Below, one piece after another: positions 1 to 9,702 of a DNA stretch of 64,000 nt (positions are counted from its first letter, which is position 1; each line of letters begins with the position of its first letter). Source of the stretch: Candidatus Obscuribacterales bacterium (lineage in GTDB: Bacteria; Cyanobacteriota; Vampirovibrionia; Obscuribacterales; Obscuribacteraceae); contig CBDDIJ010000002.1 of assembly GCA_965228855.1 (NCBI GenBank), positions 224,001 to 288,000 on the forward strand, in the 5' to 3' direction. The position numbers and the translations under genes were made by a program. The notes beneath the pieces are model-generated. The model had not been told where the DNA came from. It made no database searches and worked only from the letters and a program-made list of their open reading frames with translations.

Positions 1-14
1 GTCAGCTCGTCCGA

Positions 15-611
15 TTACTCGGCGAGCGCGCGCTTCGGCAGCCGGAGCGTGCCGCGCACGTGGTCGACCGAGACGGTCGGGCGGGTGACCACGCCGGCGA
101 GAGCCGCCTTGGTGATGCTGCGCCGCTTGACGCGGATCACCTCGACGACGTGCCCGGTGCGGCTGGCGCGGACCATGTTGTCCGGCAGCTTCTCGTCGGC
201 GCGCGACTCGTGCGTGCTCGACCGGGGCTTGGCGGCGGCGCGGCTGAGGCGGTACTCCTCGACCCCGTCGACGATGGCGTGCAGACCGGCGCGCTTCTCG
301 TTGCGCGTGCGGATGCGGTGCTCGACGTCGTTGTCGAACCGCTCGTAGACGCGGCGCTTGCGGTTGCCGGTGTCACCACCGAAACGCCCGTGCACGCGCC
401 GGAAGCCGCTGCCGCGACCGTTGGCGAAGAAGCGGTCGTTGTGGTTGAACATCTCGGCGCCCTCCATCGCGTCGACCAGGTCCGCGAAGACCGGCTCGTA
501 GTCGACCTCGTCGGAGTCCAGCAGGTGCGAGGGCATCGTGCCGGGGATGAAGTTGACGCCGGTGGCGAAGACGGAGGTCGAGGCGAGGGAAGCGATGTTC
601 TTGTAGGTCAT
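15..611 (-). CDS. hypothetical protein (Arg-rich, ~198 aa)
   Basis: ORF with strong GC3 codon bias; GGAG SD upstream of ATG at 611; no recognisable domain. Confidence 0.7.
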   Translation of the reverse strand: MTYKNIASLASTSVFATGVNFIPGTMPSHLLDSDEVDYEPVFADLVDAMEGAEMFNHNDRFFANGRGSGFRRVHGRFGGDTGNRKRRVYERFDNDVEHRIRTRNEKRAGLHAIVDGVEEYRLSRAAAKPRSSTHESRADEKLPDNMVRASRTGHVVEVIRVKRRSITKAALAGVVTRPTVSVDHVRGTLRLPKRALAE

Positions 612-1707
612 TGGCAATCTCCAATTGCTCGATTAGTCGATACGTTTCCGCCGCAAGCGAAAACGCACATAACAGAGTCAGCGCCGAAAGGACAAAGCGC
701 TGAGCGACATCGTTGACGGCGGCGATAGCCATCGGCAAGACGTCTGACACATGACACCGAAAGTGGTGGCAAGTGAGGGTTGGATGAGGAGAAGAGTTTA
801 CTGGGTCTTGGGTTTTCCTTCTTCAAAGTTGAAAGATAGATAGCTACTCGAAGCTAACGGTTACTAATAAGACGGAGCAAATAGTTAAAAGCTTAAGGTT
901 TCAGAGATTTAGAAGAGAGTTAAAACTGTTGATATTGCTAGAAACCCAAACAGACTGACATCGCCATCGATTAACGGACCACCTTTCGGACCACACGCTT
1001 CAAAAACGGTGTCGCTTGGATCATGCGTATATTCACGTATTCGGAAACATCGAATACGATTAGCGCAGTTTAACAAACGGCCCATTTTAGCGAGAAGAGC
1101 ACGTCTAAGAGAACGAAGCTGTCTATGAGAGAATGCCGAATTTTCAGGAATCCGTCATAGTGGCGTAGCCAAGGAGAGTCGCCGGGAAGAACGTAGGCCC
1201 ATGAGGCTCTCCCCAACAAGGCTTTCGGGCCGGAACTCTACGAAAGAATATAGTAGCAAGATTCGTCAGGACGCTAGCTTCGCTAGCTGAGAGATCGTTC
1301 AGTTTGAGCTTTATATACCAAGAACTCATAAATCCGTTTCGGCTCTAAACCTTGAATCTAAAAGCTCCGCAGCTATGGAGCGTTTGAACCTGAGTCTTAG
1401 AGCCTGTTCACGCTTAGGTACATATCATTTACCGCGCCTGAAATTGATCACTTGGAAACAGTAGCTTTCGGTGTTCACTTTTCTGTTTCCGTTTTCTGAC
1501 CGTCTGATTTGACCTAACCCGCCCAGTTCGAGCCGCGTTCGTTCGCACACCATCGGTGTAGCGAGCTATGTGCCGCCTCGTCATCCAACGGCGAACAGTC
1601 TCGAACGGTTTGTAACTCGAAGTCGGCTGTTTAGCGACTTCGAACTTCAACGCTCGTATGCCGACGCGCAATGCGCCGGCTGTGTAGCTCTATCTTCAGG
1701 AGACACC

Positions 1708-2478
1708 ATGAAGAAACTCAAAATCGGTGTGTATGGAGGCAAGTTCGACCCCATTCACATCGGTCACCTGATTTGCGCGGAATGGACTCGCGAGCGCTTC
1801 GAGCTCGACAAGGTCCTCTTCGTCACCAGCGCCAACCCGCCCCACAAGAAGACCGGCGTGTTGGACGCGAACTTCCGGCATGAGATGGTCAAGGCGGCCG
1901 TCGCACCGAACTGCTACTTCGAGGCTTGCGACATCGAGCTCAAACGCACCGGCGCCTCGTACACGGTCGACACCATCAAGGAGCTCGCGCTTCGCTACGG
2001 CGGGGATGCCGAGCTGTTCCTGATGATCAGCGCCGAGTATCTCGAGCCCCAGAATCCGTGGCGGATCGACAAGTGGCATGGCGCCGAGGAAATCTTCAAG
2101 ATCGCCACCATCCTCGTCTTCCCGCGCGACGTCAACGGACTCGCCCAGATCGAGGAGTGGAAGAAGGCCATCCCACAGGCTCGGATCGAAGCGCTGATGG
2201 CGCCCAGTCCGCCCGTCTCCAGCTCGCTCATCCGCGAACGCCTCTCCAAGGGTCTGTCGGTCTGGTACATGGTGACCGCCGAAGTCTGGCGCATCATCCG
2301 CGATCGCAAGCACTACATGGACCCGGCCGTTCCCGCTCAACGCGTGAGCTGCAAGGTCTACGTCGACCCGGCGCCGGCTGCGCAAGCCGACAGCGGAAAA
2401 CGTTTTTCGTGGCGCAAACCGAGCACCTGGTGGGGCGCATTCTTGCGCGCCGCTGAAAACTACCAGGGCGGTTTCTAG
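1708..2478 (+). CDS. nadD: nicotinate-nucleotide adenylyltransferase
   Basis: GVYGGKFDPIHIGH (HxGH), SYTVDT, VSSSLIR motifs; AGGAG SD before ATG 1708. Confidence 0.92.
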   Translation: MKKLKIGVYGGKFDPIHIGHLICAEWTRERFELDKVLFVTSANPPHKKTGVLDANFRHEMVKAAVAPNCYFEACDIELKRTGASYTVDTIKELALRYGGDAELFLMISAEYLEPQNPWRIDKWHGAEEIFKIATILVFPRDVNGLAQIEEWKKAIPQARIEALMAPSPPVSSSLIRERLSKGLSVWYMVTAEVWRIIRDRKHYMDPAVPAQRVSCKVYVDPAPAAQADSGKRFSWRKPSTWWGAFLRAAENYQGGF

Positions 2479-2610
2479 CCGTAAAAGCTTGAAGTTTGAA
2501 ACAGCATCGACGCGCCACCGTCTGCGGTGCACGCTGATGCGCACGTTCTCAGGATCTTTTCCACAACCTTCCGGCGACGCAGACCTTCGCCGGTTAACGG
2601 AGAACTAAAC

Positions 2611-4134
2611 ATGCAGCTGTTAGACAGACTCGACCTCTGGTCTCGCAAACGCCGCCTCCAGAAGAAGCGTGAGGCGATGATTCGCGAGTACTACGCCAAG
2701 ATGTTCATTCTCGGTGGTATGGTGACATCCACCGACACGTACAAGCGCACCATGGGCGCGGCTTTCCGGAGCTTCGCCCTGGACTACTCCGCCTACCACC
2801 TCACCTTCCGCCGCGGCTTGTCCGAGGCCGGCGCCGGCGACCAGCTCATCATGGCCGGTCACGAGGACATGCTCAACCAGTGGTTCAACCGCCCGCTGGT
2901 CAAGCAGGACATCCGCATCGCTCAGGACTGGGCTGACTGGGACGCCAATGTCAAAGCGTTCCCGCACGAGATGTGGGAGCGCGAGATCAGCAAGGCGCCC
3001 GGTCTGAGCCCGGTGTTCTATCTGGACGTCGACGTCTGGGGTTTCCCGGGCGGTCAGTCGTTCCTGAAGAACGTCCCCGCCCTGAGCTTCGAAGGAGTCG
3101 GCGGCGTGATCTCGTTCCTGGAGCCGGCGATGTGCCGCTACTTCGCGCCGGTGATCCAGGCGACCAAGGCTCGCTTGATGAGCCAGGTCACGGAAGCCGA
3201 AGCCGAGTTCGGACTGCGCGCCGCGGTCAACGAACTCGCCAACATTGCCCTGCTGCGCGCCCGCTTCGTCGGCTCGGGCGGCAAGGGTCAGCTCACCTCC
3301 AATGACACGGCGGTGTTCATGTTCCCTGAGCTCTTCAGGGACATCGGCACCATCGGTCACGAGGGCATGAGCTCCAACCAGTCGCTCAAGCGCTCGCTCG
3401 CCGAATGCGAGCTCGAGATGATGAATCTCGCGCTCGACCACGTGCCGGATTCGAAACTGCTGTGCGACCTGGTCGACGCCGAGACCATCGGCTTGATCAA
3501 TGCCATCAAGGCGCTCAAGGCCCATCCGGATGCCACCAAGGCCGGTATCAGGGTCGACTCGGGCGACATCGCCGCGCAGTGCGTCGACTATCGCTTCGCC
3601 ATGCGCGAAGCCCAGATCGCGCCCGACCGCGTGATCGTCTACGAGGACGAGGTCTCGCCCGAAACCATCGTCAAGGTCCGCAACCACTACGTCGCGAAGA
3701 CCGGCGAGGAGCCCACGCTCCTCTTCCCCGGCGCCGGCGGCTACTGGTGGAAGGCTGTGCTCCGTGACACCGTCTCGGCTGCGTTCAAGCGCAGCTGGAC
3801 GAAAGACCAGCCCAACATCAAGTTCTCGAACTCCGAGGGCAAGGAGAGCATCCCGGGCATCATCCGCGTCTACGGTCGCGGCGACACGATGTACGTGGCG
3901 CACGTCACCGACAAGGTCGATGGCGAGCCGCTCTACAAGAAGCTGGTCAGCAAGGGACGGATCGTCTACCGCGAGACCCCGCAAGTGCAAGCCGCTCGCG
4001 CCAACGCGACCTGGGGCAAGTACAGCAGGGTCGAGTTCTCGCCGACCATCCAGGGCTACATCAGCACGTATCGCGAGAAGCGCGCCGCGGAGCGTGCTGC
4101 TGCGCGAGCCGCACTCGAAAGCGGTCGTCCGTAA
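2611..4134 (+). CDS. pncB: nicotinate phosphoribosyltransferase (divergent PncB family)
   Basis: TDTYKRTM, EFGLR, TSN, GTIGH (phospho-His position), GIRVDSGD, IKFSNSEGKESIPG motifs; GGAG SD; operon context. Confidence 0.82.
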   Translation: MQLLDRLDLWSRKRRLQKKREAMIREYYAKMFILGGMVTSTDTYKRTMGAAFRSFALDYSAYHLTFRRGLSEAGAGDQLIMAGHEDMLNQWFNRPLVKQDIRIAQDWADWDANVKAFPHEMWEREISKAPGLSPVFYLDVDVWGFPGGQSFLKNVPALSFEGVGGVISFLEPAMCRYFAPVIQATKARLMSQVTEAEAEFGLRAAVNELANIALLRARFVGSGGKGQLTSNDTAVFMFPELFRDIGTIGHEGMSSNQSLKRSLAECELEMMNLALDHVPDSKLLCDLVDAETIGLINAIKALKAHPDATKAGIRVDSGDIAAQCVDYRFAMREAQIAPDRVIVYEDEVSPETIVKVRNHYVAKTGEEPTLLFPGAGGYWWKAVLRDTVSAAFKRSWTKDQPNIKFSNSEGKESIPGIIRVYGRGDTMYVAHVTDKVDGEPLYKKLVSKGRIVYRETPQVQAARANATWGKYSRVEFSPTIQGYISTYREKRAAERAAARAALESGRP

Positions 4135-4292
4135 TTTTCGAGCAGCACCGTATATGACACCAGAAGCGAAGCGGCGACAGCCGGTTTCAGATCGAAACAG
4201 CGCGAGCGGTTTCGTTCCAGAACCTGGCTGTTAGCCGATTCGTGATGGTTCCGGTGACTGTTTCAATCACCCTCCTACAGGAGATTTCGAAT

Positions 4293-5414
4293 ATGAACCT
4301 CGGAAAACCGATTTTGTTTGCGACGCGCGAGTACGAGTATCTGAAGGCTCAGATGCTCAAGTCGCGGCGTTTCCTCGATGGACAGCTGGCGCGTTCGGTG
4401 GCGAAAGACGGCTCGTCGGCACTCGCTCACGTGCCTTTCGCCGACGGTGAAGATTATCATCGCCGGCTCACCGACGTCGTCGACCGCGAGGTGATCGTCG
4501 TCGGTGGCACCACCAACAACGACTCCACCATGGAGTTGCTGGACATCGGCACGGCGCTCGTCATGGAAGGCGCAGCGCGGCTCAAGCTGGTCGTCCCGTA
4601 CTTCGGTTACTCGACGATGGAGCGAGCGATCCTGCCGGGCGAATTCGTCAAGGCCAAGATCCGCGCGATGCAGATTTCCGGCATCCCGCGCGGCGCCATG
4701 GCGAACTGGGTCTACCTCTTCGACCTGCACTCGGAAGGCATCCCGCACTACTTCGAGAACGGCGTGATCACGCGTCACATCTACGGCAAGTCGCTCGTCA
4801 TCGATGCGGTCAAGAACGCCGCCATCGCCTGGCAGAAGGACAACGGTCTCGAACTTCACGGCTCGACCTGTGACGGCGATGCGACCAAGCTGCGCGTCAC
4901 GACGCTCGACTGCCACGCCCCCAACGTCGATGACGTCCTCAAGGGCGGCAAGGTCTTCGGGCTGGCCGACTTCACGGTCGCCTCGACCGACGCCGGGCGC
5001 GCCAAGTGGGTCGAGTCGCTCTGCCGCGACATGATCAAGCTCAGGCTGCCCGTGCACCCGGCCTTCATCATCAAGCGCCGCATCTCGGGCACGGACACGG
5101 TCGTCGCCGACATCTCCGCCGACGTACAGGGCAAACTCGTCGTCATCTACGACGACATGATTCGCACCGGCGGCTCGGCGATCTCGGCTGCCAAAGCCTA
5201 TCTCGCTCGCGGCGCCGTCGCCGTGATTCTGATCGCCACGCACGGCGTTCTGCCCGGCGAGTCGAAGAAGAAGCTCAAGGACAGCGGCGTTTTCGAGAGG
5301 GTGATCGTCACCGACTCGCACCCCAACGCCGTCGCCCTGGCGGATGATTTCCTCACCGTCATCCCGACCGGTTCTTTGCTGGTCGATCACGTCCTCGGTC
5401 CGAAGAAGCGCTGA
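4293..5414 (+). CDS. prs: ribose-phosphate pyrophosphokinase family protein, copy 1
   Basis: FADGE, PYFGYSTMER, DLHS, STDAG, VIYDDMIRTGGS, ATHGV motifs; AGGAG SD. Confidence 0.85.
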   Translation: MNLGKPILFATREYEYLKAQMLKSRRFLDGQLARSVAKDGSSALAHVPFADGEDYHRRLTDVVDREVIVVGGTTNNDSTMELLDIGTALVMEGAARLKLVVPYFGYSTMERAILPGEFVKAKIRAMQISGIPRGAMANWVYLFDLHSEGIPHYFENGVITRHIYGKSLVIDAVKNAAIAWQKDNGLELHGSTCDGDATKLRVTTLDCHAPNVDDVLKGGKVFGLADFTVASTDAGRAKWVESLCRDMIKLRLPVHPAFIIKRRISGTDTVVADISADVQGKLVVIYDDMIRTGGSAISAAKAYLARGAVAVILIATHGVLPGESKKKLKDSGVFERVIVTDSHPNAVALADDFLTVIPTGSLLVDHVLGPKKR

Positions 5415-5552
5415 GAGCGCGCTTTTTCCGGACAGAATCGCTGCAGGCGGTTTCGGTTTAAACCGCTCATACGCGACTGCAGATACCGCGCCATTCGCGT
5501 GGAACCTGCAGAGGACCTGTCTCTTAACCAGATAAAGATAAGGAGAAATTCC

Positions 5553-8414
5553 ATGACCCAACGTACCAAACGAAGTAAGTTCGGCTTGGTGCGCATCGCT
5601 CTGGGCAGCCACGCGGTCGAAGTCACCAACTGTGACAAGAACGCGGACCACATCATCAGCATGATGCAGCGCGCCGCCGGCGTGAACGCCAACTTCCTGG
5701 TTCTCAACGAACTGGGCGTGACGGCGTACACCTGTGCCAACCACTTCCGCTCGGAAGTGCTGCGCGAAGGCGCCCTCAAGGCGATCGACAAAGTTCGACT
5801 TGCTTCCAAGAAAGTGTTCAAGGGCGTGACGCTGATCGGCGCGCCCATCGAACTCGACGGCGAGCTCTACAACTGCGCCGTCGTGATTCAGAACGGTCGC
5901 ATCCTCGGCGTGGTGCCGAAGACGTACCTGCCCAACACGGGCGAATTCCACGAGAAGCTCTGGTTCAGCCGCGGTGATGTTCTGCGTCGACGCACGGTGA
6001 AACTGTGCGGTCTCGACGTTCCCATCGGCGTCGACCTGCTGTTCGAAGCAGACGACTTCCCGGGCCTCGTGTTCGGCGTCGAAGTCTGCGAGGACGGCTG
6101 GGCGGTCATCCCGCCGCACCGGCTCCAGGCACTCGGCGGCGCGACCGTGCTCTTCAACCTGTCGGCGAGCAACGAACTCGTCGCCAAGGACGAGTATCGG
6201 CGCAGCATGATCCAGGCGCACTCGGCTCAGGCTCAGGCGATCTACGCTTACGCCTCTGCCGGCGAAGGCGAGTCGACCACCGACATCGTCTATGGCGGTC
6301 AGCTGCTGCTCGGCGAACTGGGCGGCATCCAGACCGAAGCCGAGCCGCTCGCCGACAACGACAGCCAGCCCTTCCGCTACGCCGACGTTGACGTTCAGCA
6401 CGTCACGCACGAGCGCATGCGCGACTCGACCTTCGAAGATTGCCGGCGCGCCTTCGCGTCGATGATCGATTTCCGGCGCGTGAAGTTCTCGCTCAACGCG
6501 GGCGACTTGCCGGAGAAACTGGCGCGCAACGTCGACGCCTATCCCTTCGTCCCGCAAGACCCGGCCACGCTCAACAAGCGCTGCCGCCAGGTGATCAAGA
6601 TCCAGGTGCGTGCGCTCCGCACGCGCCTGCTGTACCTGGCGAAACTGCGCGGCGGTCTCGAGAAGATGGTCGCAGACCTGGTCGCGAGCGGCAAGCCGCT
6701 GTTTGTGGTTGGTATCAGCGGCGGTGTCGACTCGACCGAGTGCTTGCTCGTCGCGCTGAAAACGCTCGATGAGCTCGGCATCCCCAGAAGTCTGCTTCAC
6801 TGCTTCACCATGCCCGGCTTCGGCACCACCAGCCGAACCTACAACAACGCCATCAAGCTCATGCAGCTCGCCGGCGTCACGTTGAAGGAAGTCGACATCA
6901 AGGCGCGCTGCCTGCTCGCCTGGCAGACGGAACACAAGACGCCGTTCGGGATCAACCTGGACGGGCTTGCGATGGACGCGTTCATTGACAAGCTCAAGGA
7001 ACTGCCGGCCGGTTCCAACGACCTCGACTTCGAGAACGAGCAGGCGCGCCAGCGCACGCACATCCTCATGAACAACGGCTTCGTGCTCGGCACGGGCACG
7101 CTCACCGAGCTCGCCTCGGGGTGGTGCACGTACAACGCGGACCACATGAGCATGTACTCGGTCAACCCGGGTGTGGCGAAGACGCTGATCGCGTTCCTCA
7201 TCCGCTGGTACGCCGAGCACGAGACCACGGGCGAACTGCAAGCGGTTTTGAACGACATCGCCGCGACTGCCGAATCGCCCGAACTGCTGCCGGTCGGCAA
7301 GGACGGACAGCAGAACCAGAAGTCCAACGATTCGCTCGGACCGAAGGACTTGCGCGACTTCTTCCTGTACCACTGGGTGCGGTGGGGGACGCGTCCGAGC
7401 AAAATCCTGTACCTCGCCACCAACGCGAAGTTCAAGCAGGACTACGCACTGAGCGGCGTTCTCGCCACTCTGCGCCAGTTCATCTGGCGTTTCATCACGC
7501 AACGCTACAAGCACTCCTGCCAGCCCGATGGCGTGAAGCTCGGCTCCGTGAGCCTGAATCCGCGTTACGACTGCCACTATCCTTCGGATACGGCGCCGGA
7601 CGCCTACAAGGCGGAGCTCGAGGAGTATGTCGGCCAGAAGCCGGCTGAAATCAACTGGCAGGAACCGCAACCCAAAGGACCGCAAATGAAAGCAAAACCG
7701 AAGGTGCTCCGGGCACTTCTCCGCGTCGACCTGAAGGACGACTTCATGCCGTGGGGTTCGCTGCCGGTCAAGGGCGGCGATGAGATCGTCAGCGTCGCCA
7801 ATGCGCTCTCGCGCAGCGGACAATACGACCTCGTCGTCGACATCGAAGACGATCACCCGAAGAACCACAAGTCGTTCGCCTCGCAGCACAAGGGCAAGAA
7901 GCCGTTCACCGACTTCGTCACCCTGTACGGCGTCAAGCAGCAGCTGTGGACCGACCACTGCGTCAACGGCACGGACGGCGCCAAGTTCCACAAGGACCTG
8001 GACCGCTCGATGGTGTCGAAGACGATCCAGAAGGGTCAGGACGCGCGCGTCGACAGCTACTCCGGCTTCTACGACAACGGTCGCACGGCGGCGCCGCGCT
8101 TCCGCAAGAAGTACAACTTCCTCGGCCGCTCGACCGGGCTCGCCGAGTATCTGCGCGCCGAAGCGGAAGCCCGCGGCTGCGACGAGATCCAGATCGACGT
8201 CATCGGTCTGGCGCTCCGCTACTGCGTCTCCTTCACCGCCAAGGACGGTCGCGGCGAGACCTACAAGGGCAAGCAGTTCGGTGTTCGCGTGGTCGAAGAC
8301 GGCGTCCGCGCCATCATCTTCAACGACGGCGAATACGAGCAGGAGCTCGAGGACCTGCGCGCGCTCGGCATCGAGGTGATCCACAGCAGCCAGGTGCTGC
8401 CGAAGGTCGCCTGA
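5553..8414 (+). CDS. nadE: glutamine-dependent NAD+ synthetase fused to C-terminal nicotinamidase (PncA), copy 1
   Basis: Nitrilase-fold E-K-C triad (NEL, PKTYLPN, VCED), GISGGVDS P-loop, GWCTYNADHMS; C-terminal isochorismatase/PncA motifs VD..DF, DDHP..H.SF, WTDHCV, KG...DSYSGF, GLA..YCV. Confidence 0.9.
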   Translation: MTQRTKRSKFGLVRIALGSHAVEVTNCDKNADHIISMMQRAAGVNANFLVLNELGVTAYTCANHFRSEVLREGALKAIDKVRLASKKVFKGVTLIGAPIELDGELYNCAVVIQNGRILGVVPKTYLPNTGEFHEKLWFSRGDVLRRRTVKLCGLDVPIGVDLLFEADDFPGLVFGVEVCEDGWAVIPPHRLQALGGATVLFNLSASNELVAKDEYRRSMIQAHSAQAQAIYAYASAGEGESTTDIVYGGQLLLGELGGIQTEAEPLADNDSQPFRYADVDVQHVTHERMRDSTFEDCRRAFASMIDFRRVKFSLNAGDLPEKLARNVDAYPFVPQDPATLNKRCRQVIKIQVRALRTRLLYLAKLRGGLEKMVADLVASGKPLFVVGISGGVDSTECLLVALKTLDELGIPRSLLHCFTMPGFGTTSRTYNNAIKLMQLAGVTLKEVDIKARCLLAWQTEHKTPFGINLDGLAMDAFIDKLKELPAGSNDLDFENEQARQRTHILMNNGFVLGTGTLTELASGWCTYNADHMSMYSVNPGVAKTLIAFLIRWYAEHETTGELQAVLNDIAATAESPELLPVGKDGQQNQKSNDSLGPKDLRDFFLYHWVRWGTRPSKILYLATNAKFKQDYALSGVLATLRQFIWRFITQRYKHSCQPDGVKLGSVSLNPRYDCHYPSDTAPDAYKAELEEYVGQKPAEINWQEPQPKGPQMKAKPKVLRALLRVDLKDDFMPWGSLPVKGGDEIVSVANALSRSGQYDLVVDIEDDHPKNHKSFASQHKGKKPFTDFVTLYGVKQQLWTDHCVNGTDGAKFHKDLDRSMVSKTIQKGQDARVDSYSGFYDNGRTAAPRFRKKYNFLGRSTGLAEYLRAEAEARGCDEIQIDVIGLALRYCVSFTAKDGRGETYKGKQFGVRVVEDGVRAIIFNDGEYEQELEDLRALGIEVIHSSQVLPKVA

Positions 8415-8468
8415 GCATCGCGAAACTGAATCACGGTCTCTGACCGGGGTTTAAACAAGAGATTAATG

Positions 8469-8503
8469 GGGGCGCACCGCACCGGATGTGGTGCGCCCCT
8501 TTC
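8469..8503 (+). terminator. putative intrinsic terminator after nadE-pncA
   Basis: GGGGCGCACC...GGTGCGCCCC stem followed by TTTCT. Confidence 0.55.
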
Positions 8504-8559
8504 TCGAACGATTGCGTTTGAGTTCTAGAGTTTTAACCACAAACAAAAACGGGATCGCA

Positions 8560-9300
8560 ATGACAAAACGTAAATGGGCATGGACAGCCACGATTGCGGC
8601 TGCCCTCATCGCTGTCGCCGGAGTATGCTGGTCGATTTTCGGCGTTCACGAAATCTCGATGTCGCAAGCCGACATCCAGACGAAGATCGACGAAAAGATG
8701 CCGGCGTCGCAGAAAGGCGTCACCATCTCCAACGCGAAGATCGATCTTTCGGGCGACAAGCTCGGACTGACGTTCAACGCGGCGACCACCAAGTTCAACA
8801 CCGAATACCGCATGAACACCGCCACGCGCGGGACTCTGCGGTACGACCACTCCAGGGGCGCCTTCTACTTCGTGCCCGAGGAATTGAAGGTTTCCGACAT
8901 CCAGGCCAATGGCGCGAGCGTCGCTGAGAAGGTCGGCGGCTTCATCGACAAATGGGTCGACTCGAAGAAGATTCAGGACAACAAGTCCGAACTGGCGGCC
9001 AAAGCCGAAGCAGTCGCCCAGGGTCTCGTCCAGAAGTCTGCGGCGGCCGTGCTCGACCACGTTCCCGTCTACAAACTCAAGGATGACTTCAAGGGCTACG
9101 TCGTCCGCGCCGTGCTGAGCGACGTGGAGATCAAGGACGGTCAGGTCATCGCTCACCTGTCCCTCTGGCAGCTGACGAAAACGGTGCTTTTCTTCGCCGT
9201 CGCATTCGTTGCCGCCATCGGATTCATGATCGCGCTGGCCGCAAACCCCGAATGGGGCATTCCGCTCATGCTGCTCGGCAGCATCGGCGACATCTCGTAA
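8560..9300 (+). CDS. DUF1439-like membrane-anchored protein
   Basis: N- and C-terminal TM segments; 'EISMSQADIQTKIDEKMP' and 'PVYKLKDDFKG' resemble DUF1439. Confidence 0.55.
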   Translation: MTKRKWAWTATIAAALIAVAGVCWSIFGVHEISMSQADIQTKIDEKMPASQKGVTISNAKIDLSGDKLGLTFNAATTKFNTEYRMNTATRGTLRYDHSRGAFYFVPEELKVSDIQANGASVAEKVGGFIDKWVDSKKIQDNKSELAAKAEAVAQGLVQKSAAAVLDHVPVYKLKDDFKGYVVRAVLSDVEIKDGQVIAHLSLWQLTKTVLFFAVAFVAAIGFMIALAANPEWGIPLMLLGSIGDIS

Positions 9301-9321
9301 CTCAAGTCGGAAGAGGCTTCC

Positions 9322-9702
9322 ATGACTCACGCAGCACAATCCACCTTTCCTCGTCGCGGCGAAATCCGGTCTTTCCAGGATGCGTCCGAGGTTCGCTTCG
9401 GCGTCGTCATCTCCGACGATGCGCGCAACGAAAAGGCGAACGACGTCCTGCTCGTTCCGCTCAAGTCGACCGCGCAGTCGCCTCAGAGCGCGTCGCTCCC
9501 GACTCCCGGTCAGCCGCTCATCCCAAGCGCTCTTTCCGGTCTGTCCAGTGACTGCCGCGCGACCTGCGCCGACATCACTCGCGTCGAGAAGAGCGACCTC
9601 CTCGATGGTCCGGTCGGCACTCTGCCCGAGGTCCACCTGATGCAGATCGTGCGCGCCATCCGGGCAGCAATCGGCGACGCCCTCGTGCACCCCGTGCACT
9701 GA
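9322..9702 (+). CDS. PemK/MazF-like protein (orphan, degenerate)
   Basis: PRRGEI..., R.GVVIS.D..N, VLLVPL.S, GL..D....C..I..V.K..L...VG.L pattern of the PemK fold. Confidence 0.7.
   Translation: MTHAAQSTFPRRGEIRSFQDASEVRFGVVISDDARNEKANDVLLVPLKSTAQSPQSASLPTPGQPLIPSALSGLSSDCRATCADITRVEKSDLLDGPVGTLPEVHLMQIVRAIRAAIGDALVHPVH

Noticed and set aside
2611..5414. Phage NARP1 (Adps + Namat) pair
   Set aside because: The phosphoribosyltransferase has PncB-type motifs and is accompanied by NadD, NadE and PncA, which fits the conventional deamidating route better.
2479..5552. Intergenic hairpins as integron attC sites
   Set aside because: No consistent RYYYAAC...GTTRRRY boxes bounding the hairpins and no integrase in the window.
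4275..8384. Very long antisense ORFs (1369 aa here; also 2620-3990, 38022-39926, 40010-41743, 49088-50686, 61882-63783)
   Set aside because: They are in codon register with GC3-rich sense genes that avoid TTA/CTA/TCA, and their translations have no recognisable motifs. Best explained as shadow ORFs, though worth rechecking if antisense transcription is confirmed.
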